NCBI RefSeq assembly: GCF_036321535.1
Contig: NC_087436.1
Span: 28,212,001-28,276,000, forward strand
DNA length: 64,000 bases
DNA from: Camelus dromedarius
Taxonomy: Eukaryota
Direction of reading: 5' to 3'
Part shown: one piece after another, positions 49,130 to 61,256 of the stretch
How positions within the stretch are numbered: position 1 is the stretch's first letter
Layout: each line of letters opens with the position of its first letter
The notes under the pieces: generated by a model
The model's database searches: none
Seen by the model: only the letters and a program-made list of their open reading frames with translations
What the model was told of the DNA's origin: nothing
Translations under genes and position numbers: made by a program

Positions 49130-49835
49130 CCTGTCTCAGATAAATACACCTTATTCTGTTCAAGGCTTTTCCTTCTAACAGTGTAACACTTAAATCCTTG
49201 CTTTATCATTTATCGTTCTCTTTTCTTCAACTTCCCCCTTTCAGACTGTTTCTTCCTTTTACTTATATAAACACGTCCATGGCCTTTAGTGAAATTTCAT
49301 GACTGTCTTTTCTATTCCTTTCTATCCCTTCAAAACAAAGCTTTTTCAACAAGTAGTAGTAGGCTTTACTGTTTTTTTTTCTCATAACATTTCATTCTCT
49401 GTACATCTATTGCAGCTTGGTTTCTGTCCTCATCCATCTGCTCAAATTCTTCCTAAGGTTGCCAAAAAACTTGGAATATTGCCCACACCTTTGGGCTTTT
49501 TTTCCCCTTTATTTTATTGATCTCTGTGTGGTATTTGACATTGTTCGTTATCTCATGCCTTCTAATAATTTTCCTTTCTTTGTCTTCCATAATATTTTGA
49601 AGTTTGAGTCAACGTCTTCCATGTCTGGTTGTTCTTTGTTTCTTTTATTGTAGGCTCTTTCCTTGTCTACCATTTAAATGGACTTCTGTTCATAGACCTT
49701 CCTACATTTTCCTTTTACCCAAGGAAATTTCAAATTCATTGGCTTCAAATATTTCTGCATTTTGATGATAAAGACATCTATCTTTAGAAAAGGTTTACTT
49801 ATGCTCAGACACTAACCTCCATATAATTTTGTATA

Positions 49836-49878
<43 letters not shown>

Positions 49879-50680
49879 TTGTCATCTTCATCTCATACCT
49901 GAACTTCTAACAGTGTTTTTCATTCTGGCAGTGATACCATCAACTCCTGATTTGGGAAAATTAAGAATTATCCTAACTTCCTACACTTTGTTTCCTCCTA
50001 AATTTCATTGGTCACTAACTCTTGAGTGTTTCATAACATAAAGATTTTCATCTTCTCTATAGTTTATAAAACAAATCTAGGTAGTTTTTGCCTATATTCT
50101 AAGTATTACAGTGCTAAGTAAAGTAACTGCTCTTATGTGAGTTCAGGCCCCCAGAATTTGCCACACTGGGTGATTACAAGAGCCCTCCAAATTGTCTCAC
50201 TGTTTCCAGTTTTCATTATTTCCACTTCTTCCTCCTCTTCGACTGGGAAGTCATCTTCTTTCCTATCAAAGGGATAAGCCTAAAACAATCATCTGAATAT
50301 GATACTCCTCTACTAAGTATTCATCAACAGCTTCAGTTAAGTCAAAGAATAGAATCCAGGTTTCTTAGTCTGGCAAGTAGAAGTCTCCATCCATCTCCCC
50401 TTCCCAGTGCAGGCCTTATTTACTGCAACTCCTCATCTGGCAAATTATAGATAGACTAACCTGAAGTAATTACAATTGCCTTATGCTGGATATTATTTCT
50501 CCCTTGGTATTTTCACAAACTTTTTATTTGTTTGTCTGCAGGGTTTTCCCTCCCTTGTCTGCCAGGTATGACACAGCTCACCTGTCTCCCTTATTAGCAT
50601 TCATTAGCCTTTCAGTCAAAAGAAGTGACTCTCTTGTGCCTTGTACTTCCCTATTTTGAGATTTTTCTAGCATTTTAGAA
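49130..50680 (+). mobile_element. LINE-2 (long decayed ORF2/3' region)
   Basis: Pyrimidine-rich; 'ttgcagcttggtttctgtcctcatcc', 'ttgatctctgtgtggtatttgacattgtt', 'gattacaagagccctccaaattgtctc', 'gaatagaatccaggtttcttagtctggc'. Confidence 0.8.
49838..49878. repeat. (TG)n microsatellite
   Basis: ~17 perfect TG units plus atgtgt. Confidence 0.95.
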
Positions 50681-51304
50681 AACTATAAAAGAACAATAAA
50701 AGATTGACTGACTTCAGATTGTAGAAATGTGTGTGGTATTCCTCTTTATTTCTATATTTTCCAATTTTTATAATGATCTTATATTACCTTCATAATATAA
50801 TAAAATAGTACATAAGACATTAGAGCATTTATGAATTTTTTAATAGAAACACATACAAACATTCCTAAATAGAGAGTAAACTCCTTGTAGACAGACTTTT
50901 TTCACTTTCCCTTTTCTTTCTTTTTAAAAAACTTATTTTAAAATGCATCCCTATTTCAACTGGGAGACTATGAATTAAATTATTATTACAAATTAATAGG
51001 TAGTATATCAAAATAATGAAGCAAGAAATAGAACTCAGCAAACAAGATTTTTAAAAACAAATGAAAACAAAAGCATGGCTACCCTAACATGAAGAGTTAA
51101 AGCACAAATAGTATTTTAAGATTTTTCTCTACATTTTAGATTTTAGAAATCTGGACCTTTGTTATAGCATACAACATTTTGTTGGCATTAAATGTGTGCT
51201 GTACTTAATCCAGTTTCTAAGTTTGAAATTTGTTTTATACAAAGCACATTTGCTAGCTTGTGTCTTTTAAAGTTCATCTGTTTTATAACATTTAGACTGT
51301 TTAA

Positions 51305-51337
51305 TGTGTGTGTGTGTGTGTGAGTGTATATATATAT
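51305..51337. repeat. Compound (TG)n(TA)n microsatellite
   Basis: tgtgtgtgtgtgtgtgtgagtgtatatatatat. Confidence 0.9.
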
Positions 51338-52559
51338 TTTTTTAATGTGGCCCAGTCTTCTTTGTTTTGTCATAGTTTACTTTTCTAAGTTCCATTTCAT
51401 ATTCATACCTTGGTTCTTAGTTCCACATTGTTGCCTTACTCTAATAATTATTTACTTGATTCTCCTCTGACATCTATAATCTCTCTGATACTGGAATTTT
51501 GTACTAAAAAATTTCATTTTGATACATGGATGCTCATTGTTTCATTTAATATCTCATAATCTGGCACGATCTGTTTTCACTTCTAGCTATTAACTAAGTA
51601 TATGACTTTGAGATATTCTATAACATCTTGTGTATTTTTAGAGTGGTTTTAGGGACAGTTTCAATACATTATTTACCATAGTGTTGCCCTGTATAACAGT
51701 AGAAATATCATTTCAAATAAGGAGATCTGTTGTAGCTTCAGTTAGTGCTGACTACATCACAAGCAAGTCTTTTGATTGTCCTTCATATTACGCTTCATAA
51801 ACATCAGATCACTCTACTCCTGTGTTCCGCTAATACAGTGCAGAGGAGGAGTGTATCAGTGAAAGACAGGAGAAAGCATACGTATGATCACAATACATTC
51901 ATGTCAAAAAGTTGCAATTTTCATTTGTTTTCAGAGAATAATAGCATTTTCTGTCAACTGCAAAAAAGAATTATTTGGAACCTAAGTATCGTAGAATAGC
52001 GATAACAGATGCTAATAAAATAATGCAGTGTCTAATGCCTCATTGACAAGTGAAAAATGACCAGAACAGTTTGTAATACATTTAATTTTCAGCTGAGTAA
52101 TGTTATTTTATCATTTTAGAGAAAAGAAAAGAATACATTATCCTCTTTGATATCCAAATATTTCATCCACGGTTTTGGCTTCCTTAAAAGAGAATTATTT
52201 TATTTTTTATAGTGTTAAGAATAAAAGAAACTGAAGTAAAGTAATTTATTTCAATTAATAGTTTTCCTTTCAAAAAATGAATTTTATTTTAAGGAGTTTG
52301 GGTATAAAATAATAGACTTTTGAAATTACTTGATTATATATGACCAGTACATTAAAATACAATGTATGACCAATTAAGTTCTATAAAGTATTTTGTATAA
52401 ATAATAGGGTTATTTAATATATATAATTACTAGGAAATAAAATTTTTAAAACCTTTAGTAAAACACTTTCAAATTCTTTGAGTTCTTCTTTGAGTCAATA
52501 CATGAGATTTTACAAATGAAGCACATTGAAAAATTTAGTAGAAAACACATAACTGCAGT

Positions 52560-52945
52560 AAAACTATGAAGAATAAATTGGGAGAAATAAGGTACAAATT
52601 CATAAAAACATTAAGAAAAAGAGAAGCAATCTATTGTAATAGTGAGAAAGGATAGATCTGGTAATTTTTATACTGTAAATGTAAAAGATCAACAAACATC
52701 TCAACAGTCCCTTAACCTCACTCGTAAGTAAATAAATGAAATTTAAAATGGGACCTCATTTTTCCCCTAAAAATTAACCAATATAAAAATGTTGATAATG
52801 CTCCTCGTGTAAGGAGGCACACTTTTAGGTGTATCACGTGGCAATGTTAAAATTAGAACTGCTATATCTTTTGATGAATACGCATTGTTTATAGTATCAG
52901 CACCTTAGAAATGAGCAAGACTCCACAATATTTATTTATAATCTT
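52560..52945 (+). mobile_element. Old L1 (L1ME-like) fragment
   Basis: 'aacctcactcgtaagtaaataaatgaaatttaaaatg...cattttcccct', 'aaaaatgttgataatgctc'. Confidence 0.55.
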
Positions 52946-52949
52946 TATG

Positions 52950-53172
52950 TAGATTATTAATAACATTAGACTGTCTTCTACATGACTTTGAGACATTAAT
53001 TCATTTAAGTCTCATATGAATTTGTAAGGTACTTGCAATTATTAGCCCCGTTTTAGACTGTGGTCATAGAGTTACTAAGTACAGTAACGACATAGTGAGT
53101 GCAGTCCTAAGATTTGAAGCCCAGGAGTCTGACTGTAGCGTCTGTGTGCTGAAGCACCATACTAAGCTGCTT
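52950..53172 (-). mobile_element. MIR SINE
   Basis: 'attattagccccgttttaga', 'gatttgaagcccaggagtctgactgtagcgtctgtgtgct'. Confidence 0.8.
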
Positions 53173-53409
53173 CTCTGAATGGGTGGTGAATTATGCGAAC
53201 AACACTTCATCCACCATAATATTAGGTAGATGTAAGAAGTAAGGTAGGTCTGAATATGTTGATAGAAGATAGTTCTGAAATTCAACATCATGTGTAAAAA
53301 CAAGGTGCAAGTATGTGTCTATAATATGAATAATGTTAAATTGGGGAAAGGACGGAGAGGAGAGATGAGGGTGGAGGGGGAGGGTCGAGGGGATAGATGA
53401 GAGGGAGCA

Positions 53410-53612
53410 GGCTCGAGTTCTAGTCTAGAACTTTACTAGTCTCCTGTCTTAAGACAAGTCACTTGTCTTACTTGGGCCTCAGTTTCCTCATACATAGATT
53501 GGAGGTAAAAATGGAACCAATTCCAGGGGTTCTTATAGAATTAGGTAAAATAATGCATGTAAAATACTTAGGACAGTATACGGAATATAACTTAAATTCT
53601 CGAACTATTAGC
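53410..53612 (+). mobile_element. MIR SINE
   Basis: 'caagtcactt...tgggcctcagtttcctcat', 'ataatgcatgtaaaatacttaggacagt'. Confidence 0.85.
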
Positions 53613-55534
53613 ACAGGGATTATTCAATTGTGAATTTTGTTTTTTGTTTTCTTATATTAAAAGAAAACTACTTTTAAACTGATTTATAATTAGATATTAA
53701 ATATTGACTTTCTTACTTATTCAAGAACAAAATGAGAATATACCACAACTTTATACTGGAATATTTATATATATTCTATTTAGTAGTATTTTATATAGTA
53801 GTGGTCTATTTAGCGGGCATTCCTAGGGAATTCTTAAAGTTAAAATCTGTTATGTATAGAAAACATGACTTTTCCTCTTAAGTTTTGGAGAATTTTAGGT
53901 TTACTCTAAATTAGAATTTTTTTAATGTGTGGGGTTACTCTCTATAGTGTATTTAAAGCTGTACTGAGATCAGTCTAACACAACACAGCATCTTACTAAT
54001 AAGAGAAGTATTGATCAGCTTCTCCCACAATGGATAGCTTGAATCTGAATTGTCAAATAATTGACAAGCCCTGAGTATAACTGTCCTATTCAGATGGGCA
54101 AATGCTCTCTTTTGTACCATGATTCCCACCATTTTTCAATCTCTGCTGTCACTGATCTTGACTTTTAGCTCCCATTTGTCATCATAAACCAGGCCTCCTT
54201 ATCAAAACACTAACATCAAGTTTGTTGTGGAATACATAGTTTGTGAAAATTGAACAAGGATCTAACCATTAGATAATCTCTACGGACCCTTGGTTTTACA
54301 TTTTGTGGTTCTCAATAAATGAATTGAAACTTTTGTTGATGTGTCTTCCAGGAATAAAGAAAGGAATTTTTCATATGGTTTAAGGGGAAAAAGTACCAAA
54401 AGAGTTAAGTAAATTATACTAGAAAAAAATATCCAAAAGTTACCACACAAGGCTTTAATTTAGTGAATCATTGACTATCATGCTATGTTAATTTTGGAGA
54501 AATATTCTCAACTTCGTGATTCTAATTGTGTGCATTGTTTTGTCTGAAATACAGATCTTTTATTGTTAAGAATCTGTGGACCCCCAACTTCCCATTTCCA
54601 GAAACTCTCCTATTATGACCCTTACTTTTGCTTTCAAAATAGGCATACAATCCATGTATAATAAGGCATTCAGGAAAAGATTAGAAGAAAATAGTTTCTT
54701 AGTAGTCGAAATCATGTTCTGTGTTTTATCTTTTGTTAGCTGTTAGCAAATATGCAAATCCTTGTTGGTCTTATTTCCTTATTCCTGTTCCCCCCAAAAC
54801 AACACAACATGCAAATGTTTTGCTAACTATTTTGAGAACTCTGTTACTATAAAATGATCATGAAAACAAAAGGGCAAAATTCAGTTCTTCGTAGAAATAC
54901 CAAGGTATTTTTTTACATCAAGATGGAGTTTTCATCAAATGTACTTGAAAATACTCTGCAGAAGTTATCCGAAAATATACTCAACAATCCAAATCTGAAA
55001 AAAAAAAAAAAGCCTAGGAAACTAATTCTGCTTATAAATTGGAATTTCTAGAACTCCCTCCAAGAATAGTTGTGGCACCAACCATTTAGCCTGAACCACA
55101 GAGCTCTGATAAATGTTGATGGAAATGATCGTCCTCTTTATTTCAGGTTAATCAGTGAGCAACACAATTCACTTAGTCAGCACTGAGGGCTGACATGCCA
55201 ATGATGGAATATAGTGCTCTATGCAAATACTCATCTATTACTCAATCATAGTTTGTAGAAGGTGACAGTAAAAATCAATGTGCATCCAGTGTGCACCTAT
55301 TTAGTTTAATAGCAGGCTTGGTGCTGAAGGACAGATCCTGCTATTTATATAAGTTCAATTTGGAACTTTCTTCTCTTTCTCCCTCTATTTCTCTCTTAAT
55401 TCTTTTGCTTTTTCTCTACCCCGACCCATAAGGAAGCTTATGAACAAGACCGAAAATGGCCAGCAGAATATTTATGATGATTATTTAAAGTAAAAATGCT
55501 ATGCATTCTTTCAGCATAGAACCTTTAGAAATAT

Positions 55535-55990
55535 AGAAACTATTCAGTAGTTATTAATCTCCTACCAGGTACTAAGCACGATGCTAGCATTTCACATCCA
55601 TTTAATTCTCTAGCAAATATTATCAGATAAGGGAGGGGATTAAGAGCCTGAGATAAGTAATCATATCCCTGAATTCAAGCTCTTCTATGCCACTTGTTTG
55701 CTCTGTGACGTTCAGTAAGGAATTTAGCTGCTCTGTGTCCCAGATTTTTCATCAGTTGGCAAAATAGTTCCTGGATCTCTCATTGTTTGAAAACATAATG
55801 AGAAAGGTTTATAAAATTATTATCATAACTCGAAAAAAAGAAGGAACATACCATATAGCGATTATCGTTGTCATACTCTATAGTTAAGGAAATGGAACTT
55901 CAGCGACGTTAGGCAATTTTGCCAAAGTAACAAAGCAAATAATTTAGACTAGATTTCAAGCTAATGTGATTTTTCAAAACCTACATTTTT
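55535..55990. mobile_element. Minus-strand MIR with a plus-strand MIR (~55630-55862) nested inside
   Basis: Outer: 'ccaggtactaagc...catttaattctc' and 'aaggaaatggaacttcagcgacgttaggcaattttgccaaagtaaca'; inner: 'gattaagagc...tatgccacttgtttgctctgtgac...ctctgtgtcccagattttcatc'. Confidence 0.7.
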
Positions 55991-56704
55991 TTTCTCTCTC
56001 CAGAACTTTCTTAATAATATCTTTCAACAAAGGTGATAAAGAGAAAACCATTGTACTTTGGGTAAAGATAATAAATTGTACCAAACACTAAGGAAATATA
56101 ACCTCCATTTCCTTACTCTCTTCTCATTTCATTCACCCAAGTCTGAACTTTTTAGAAACTATTTGTTAAAAATACGCAACGCAGCACTTTATGTGGGGTA
56201 GTAAATTGCCGTTGGTACACTTTACCCCCAAGGGATTTCATCATTCAACACCCTTTGGGAGAGATTTATATCTCTGTATTACATATTTGCTCCCAGCTAA
56301 AAAATGGTCTACCTGTTCTCAGCTCAATGATTATTTGTTTTTTTTTTCTTTCTAACATTTTTCCTTGAATGAAAACATTTATTATAGTTAATATGTAGGA
56401 AATTCTATAGTGTAGTCTCTTCTGGATTTCTTAATCACTGTCTCCTTCAGGCACTGCTGGTTTTGCAGGATATTTTTCTAGAATTATATTTCTTTTAGTC
56501 ATACCTTCAAGGCAACATTACTGTAAAATAATAAGGTTTATGTACGATCACTTAGTTGGAATTCTACTTTTCTAACAGTGAAATTTGTTTCTTCTTTTGT
56601 TGTCTATATTGTGCCACTGTGGGGCTTAATATTTATACTGTAGTGTAAGAAACAGACATTAAACAATAGTCTGTAGAAGAACAGTCCATAATTTAAGTAA
56701 GCTT

Positions 56705-56826
56705 GCTTGACAGTGGCTAACATGGAAAAATAGTGAGAATATTTTCACATTGGAAATTGGCAAACACTACAAATCAGGGCTTATCTTCCAGAGAGCCAGG
56801 TGTTAAAACATGTGCTAGCACACCGA
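56705..56826 (+). mobile_element. hAT-Blackjack MITE end (MER63-like)
   Basis: 'ggaaattggcaaacactacaaatcagggctt...gagagccaggtgttaaaacatgtgctagcacacc' matches the recalled MER63 3' end. Confidence 0.75.
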
Positions 56827-57682
56827 TTTATACAGATAAACAAAACTCGCGCTTGCCCTGGGCAGCAAGGGAGAGGAGGGAGCCATTTGTATAGTGAGCC
56901 TTTAGCAGCAATACTACCCTCTTCTCCCTGCACAGAGCTGTCTACACACATTCCTGTCTTCGCTTTCCCTCAGCTTTCTGGTCTGTTGGGTGAGAGTCAA
57001 CACTAATAGACCAGAAGCAAACCAATATATGTTATTCCTAGAGAGGGTTCTAGTGATTAACCTAGGTAAAATGCACAAATTTTCAAAAAAGAATGCCAAT
57101 AATAATGCCAATGAAAGAATTCAAGAATTCTTGTGGCCAATCAGAGGACTGTCATTTGGGGCATGTGGGATTTATTGGTGTCCTTCAATAGTTTCTGCAT
57201 AGGTTTAAATGTTAAATTCTACTGATTTCAATAGAAACTGTAACAATATGTATATAGATTTTGTTTACTTAATAAAAGTTAATATTTAGGGAAATGTAAA
57301 TGTGTTGGCTTAAATATTTTATTCAAATGACACTATTGAATATATTTTTAAATGTCAATGATGACATTCAAATTTTTGAAACGCACAATAAATATACAAA
57401 GTTGGTAAATATAAATAAATATATGTAAATATGTATCTCCTCTGAACCTTTATCTCGTAACTTTCAATGAAAGACTGGAAAAATAATTTGAAAAAACAAA
57501 CACATAATATTAAATTTATTTAAAGTTTTTCTGATAATGTCAGTAAAATAACTAATAATTGTATTACTCTCTCTTAGAAGAGACTAGGCTAGAAACAAAA
57601 TCCCCAAAATGTAGGACAAATGTATTTTTTCTCCTTAACTCACATTGGACAAATTTGGAACCATTTATTTTAGTATATATAG

Positions 57683-57800
57683 TTTCATTTTTTCAATAAA
57701 TATTTATTAAGAACATATGATACATTATACATTTACTAGGTTCTGGAGCTATAGGGGCGAAAAACACAAAGTCCCTTCACTTGTTCATTTACATTGTATT
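57683..57800 (-). mobile_element. LINE-2 3' tip
   Basis: 'ttcaataaatatttattaagaac...ctaggttctggagctatagg...acacaaagtccct'. Confidence 0.7.
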
Positions 57801-58759
57801 GCTTACCTATTTTAATTTTACCACTTCATAATGAGACAAGTTAAGATTCAGAGAGTAAAGCCTTAATCTCCCATCTCCCCCATACTTGAAGACTATTTAA
57901 ATTGTCCTGCAGTTTTTCCTTTTAAAAATTGAATAAAGAATAAATTTCATCTTGCTTCATTTTCATATTTCAAAATGTTAATCCTCTTTGAGGTTCCCAT
58001 TTACATTTTCTAAACTCTATCAGAATCTAAGGGCTGATGATTATGGTCTAATCTCACAAAATTTGAAGATAATAATTATTCATGATAGCTTTTTGTTACC
58101 TCCTGTAGACTTACCTTTGGATGACACAAATTTGTATCACTCTTCCCAAGAACCTTTACAAACAAAAACAAAAACAAAAACTAATTAAATAAGCAAAAAC
58201 TTCATGCCTATTTATGTTGAAGAAAATCCATTAATATCTAGGATGTGTGAAATATTTCTACTGCATAAACAATCAGCTAACACATTTATGGTTTCTAGGT
58301 GAAAAGCCCCCAAATTAGCCATCAGATTTTTCTACATCCCAGGAACCACCTAAAATCTAATGAATTGGATTTTCTGTGAGTGATGTCCACAAAACTGCAT
58401 TTTAAAAATATCACACTATGGAGAAATGAGTAGTCTAGAATTCAATTGTTAATCCACACATTAAAAAAACATGAAATCATTCACAGTATTGTAGTATAGC
58501 CTGAAAAGATTAGTTGAAACCCAGCTAAAGATATTTTTCCAAAGATTTAATTTTTTCTATTTGAACAGAAGATGGTATATGGGGTGCAGTTTGGGCTGCA
58601 AGCTGATGCAGATGTCATATTGCTTTGGGTAATGGTAAATGGGTTCAACGGTTTGGTTTTAGCATCTATCATTTACTGAATAAAAGTTTATATTTAGTTT
58701 AGATTAGTATATATATACATAAGGATCTTAAGCATGATTAATGAAACAGAATCTTATGT

Positions 58760-58980
58760 CTAAGTACTTTATGCTGTTATTTCCAGACCTTATATACATA
58801 AATGAACAGAGGCAGTCATTTTATTTGCCAGTGTTTCAAATGTACTAGCTGATTTAAAAAAGCTTTAGTGAGGAAACTGAGTCATGGGGATGTTAAAACT
58901 AACTTGCTTAAAGTAACAAGGGCCAAGGGGCAAAGCTGGGATTGGAAATCCAAATGCATGTTCTTTCTCAAGTACAATGT
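58760..58980 (-). mobile_element. MIR SINE
   Basis: 'gtgaggaaactgagtcatggggatgttaaaactaacttgcttaaagtaaca...aagctgggatt'. Confidence 0.8.
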
Positions 58981-60541
58981 ATAATATTTAATAAATGCTG
59001 AGTACTGACTCAAATTTGTATAAGTAAATAACAAATTAGTGCTTAACATACTGCTATCCTTCTTGTAAAGAAAAATTATATTTAGATATCGGTTGAATAA
59101 AACAAAAATATGAAAGAATACAATTCAAAATATAAGTGAGTAGAATATATCATTTGACATCTGAGCCTTGAATAAAAAAGTTATGTTTGCAATTACTTCT
59201 GATATTAAGATTTTGTACATATTAGATATTATTTTTAATTTAAAATCGTAATTTTCTAAGTTTAACCTTTATGTCTAATTTTTAAAACTCATTGTTTTAA
59301 TATCATTCAATGAGGAATATTGAGAAACATTAAGAAAAAAACTTACTGGACTCTTAGAAGAGTTGGTTTTATGAAGCTTACTTCTGAATGAGCAATTAGT
59401 TATGAAGATTGTGGTTATAGTTTTACATGTGACCTTTAATGGCTCAGTTTTCTGGGACTTACGTGTTGTAAAAACAGAGCGTTCTTTATCAGAAATGTTT
59501 AAAGCAAATTTAACTTTAAATTTCTTTTCTCAGTAATATGTAAAGCATAATGAAAATGGAAGGATGAGTCATGATTATGTAATTCTAATAAGTATTTTTT
59601 GCTATTGCTCCTCATATACATGCAAAAACTGCTAACATCAAATAAACTGGAGCAAAGATAACTTGTCATAACTATTGCCAAACAAATGTTAAAAAAGAAA
59701 CTTCCTGAAAACAAGGATTTCTTTCTCAATGCTGGTAGCTGAGTTGCACACAAAATAAGGTGCACATTACAGTGTCAGCAGGTGAACTGGGAGCAGTCTT
59801 CATTGGACTGTTGTCCTAAACACTTAGAAGAAGCAGAGTTTAATGACTTCAAAGACTTTGCGAGCATATGTAAAGTACTGTGGGTTTTTAGAGATCATGT
59901 GTGCACACGCATAAGCTGGTGCCTGTGTTTTGATAAATGTTGCATGATTAGTACAATTACTGAGTAAGTGGATGACAGGATATATTTTGCTTGACACAAA
60001 GATTTTATTTAGCACTTGCCATGTTGAGCTAAAGACAACATAGCTGAAAGATCCTTTGAAAAATTTTCTTTGCAGCTATTCACATTCTGTTTCTTGTTGA
60101 ATTTGGACAAGTTATCCAAGCATAGCACAAATTGATGCATCATTCACTTTTCAACTTGAAGTGTTAACTAAAGACGCTTCAAACTTTATTTCTCTTGGTA
60201 AGCCATCCAGAACTACTAACTTTAAAATACTCTCAATTCTGAATGAAAGTCAGAATTTGATAGATGTTCTAAAGTATTTTGGAAAGCTCCAACACCAGTG
60301 TTCTTAGATAAACTTTTTATTTCCATTATATGTGGATCACACTTGAGGACAGATCTACAGCACTTTAGTTCAACACATTTCTGAAAGAATTAAGAATTGA
60401 ACTGCAATAAAATATTTCATATAAATAACAAAATAACAAAAACCAAAATAATCTTACATGACTAGCAAAATCATCATCAAGCATAAGTGGATATAATTTA
60501 ATTTGAATTACTTGAGCAAATCTTAGCTATAAAAAATAACT

Positions 60542-60858
60542 GTGAAGGTGGTCTAAAAGTATAAATTTCCAGTTATAAGATAAAAATAAGATTAGGGATG
60601 TAATGGACAACATGTTTAATACAATTAACACTGCTGTATGTTATATATGAAGTTTGTTAAGAAAGTAAATTCTAAGTGTTCTCATACAAAGAAAAAATAA
60701 TTTTTTTCTTTTTCTTTTATATCTTCATGAAATGATGGATGTTCATTAAACTTACTGCAGTAATCATTTCATGATGCATGTAAGTCAAATCATTATGGTG
60801 TATACCTTAAAATTGTACAGTGCTGTGTGTCAATTATATCTAAATAAAATGAAGAAAA
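60542..60858 (+). mobile_element. L1MA9-like 3' UTR fragment
   Basis: 'gaaggtggtctaaaagtataaatttccagttataagataaa', 'attaacactgctgtatgttatatatgaagtttgttaag', 'aagtcaaatcattatggtgtataccttaaa...gtcaattatatc'. Confidence 0.9.
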
Positions 60859-61256
60859 CACATTTAAAAGATTTTAAAATTAAACAATGAGATTTTTTTT
60901 AAATTTTAGATAAAAAAAGACTTAATATTTAAATAGTTAAATACAGTCTTAAAACAATATCCAAAAATCATAAAAAAAAAACAAAAAACCTCAATTTGAG
61001 TTAAAGTAGCACAGCTAAGAGCAGACCTGGGTTTATAATAGCAAGGAAGAAATTTCTAATATTATCCCTGTCAATGTTATGGGTACAAGCCTAACTAATA
61101 CAAAATCAGGGAAAGATCAACACAGACAAATTAAAGAGAAGTAGACAACAAATAACTTTCCATTCATTTTTTTGAAATTACTTATTTTGGATCTGCTAAA
61201 TACCAATTATTACTGTTTGGACTCTTGAGAAATAAAATTAACTGTCACAAAGATAC

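Noticed and set aside
54901..54994. Minus-strand segment after a T14-cag acceptor
   Set aside because: Stops in all frames before a usable donor; the T-run is a simple homopolymer.
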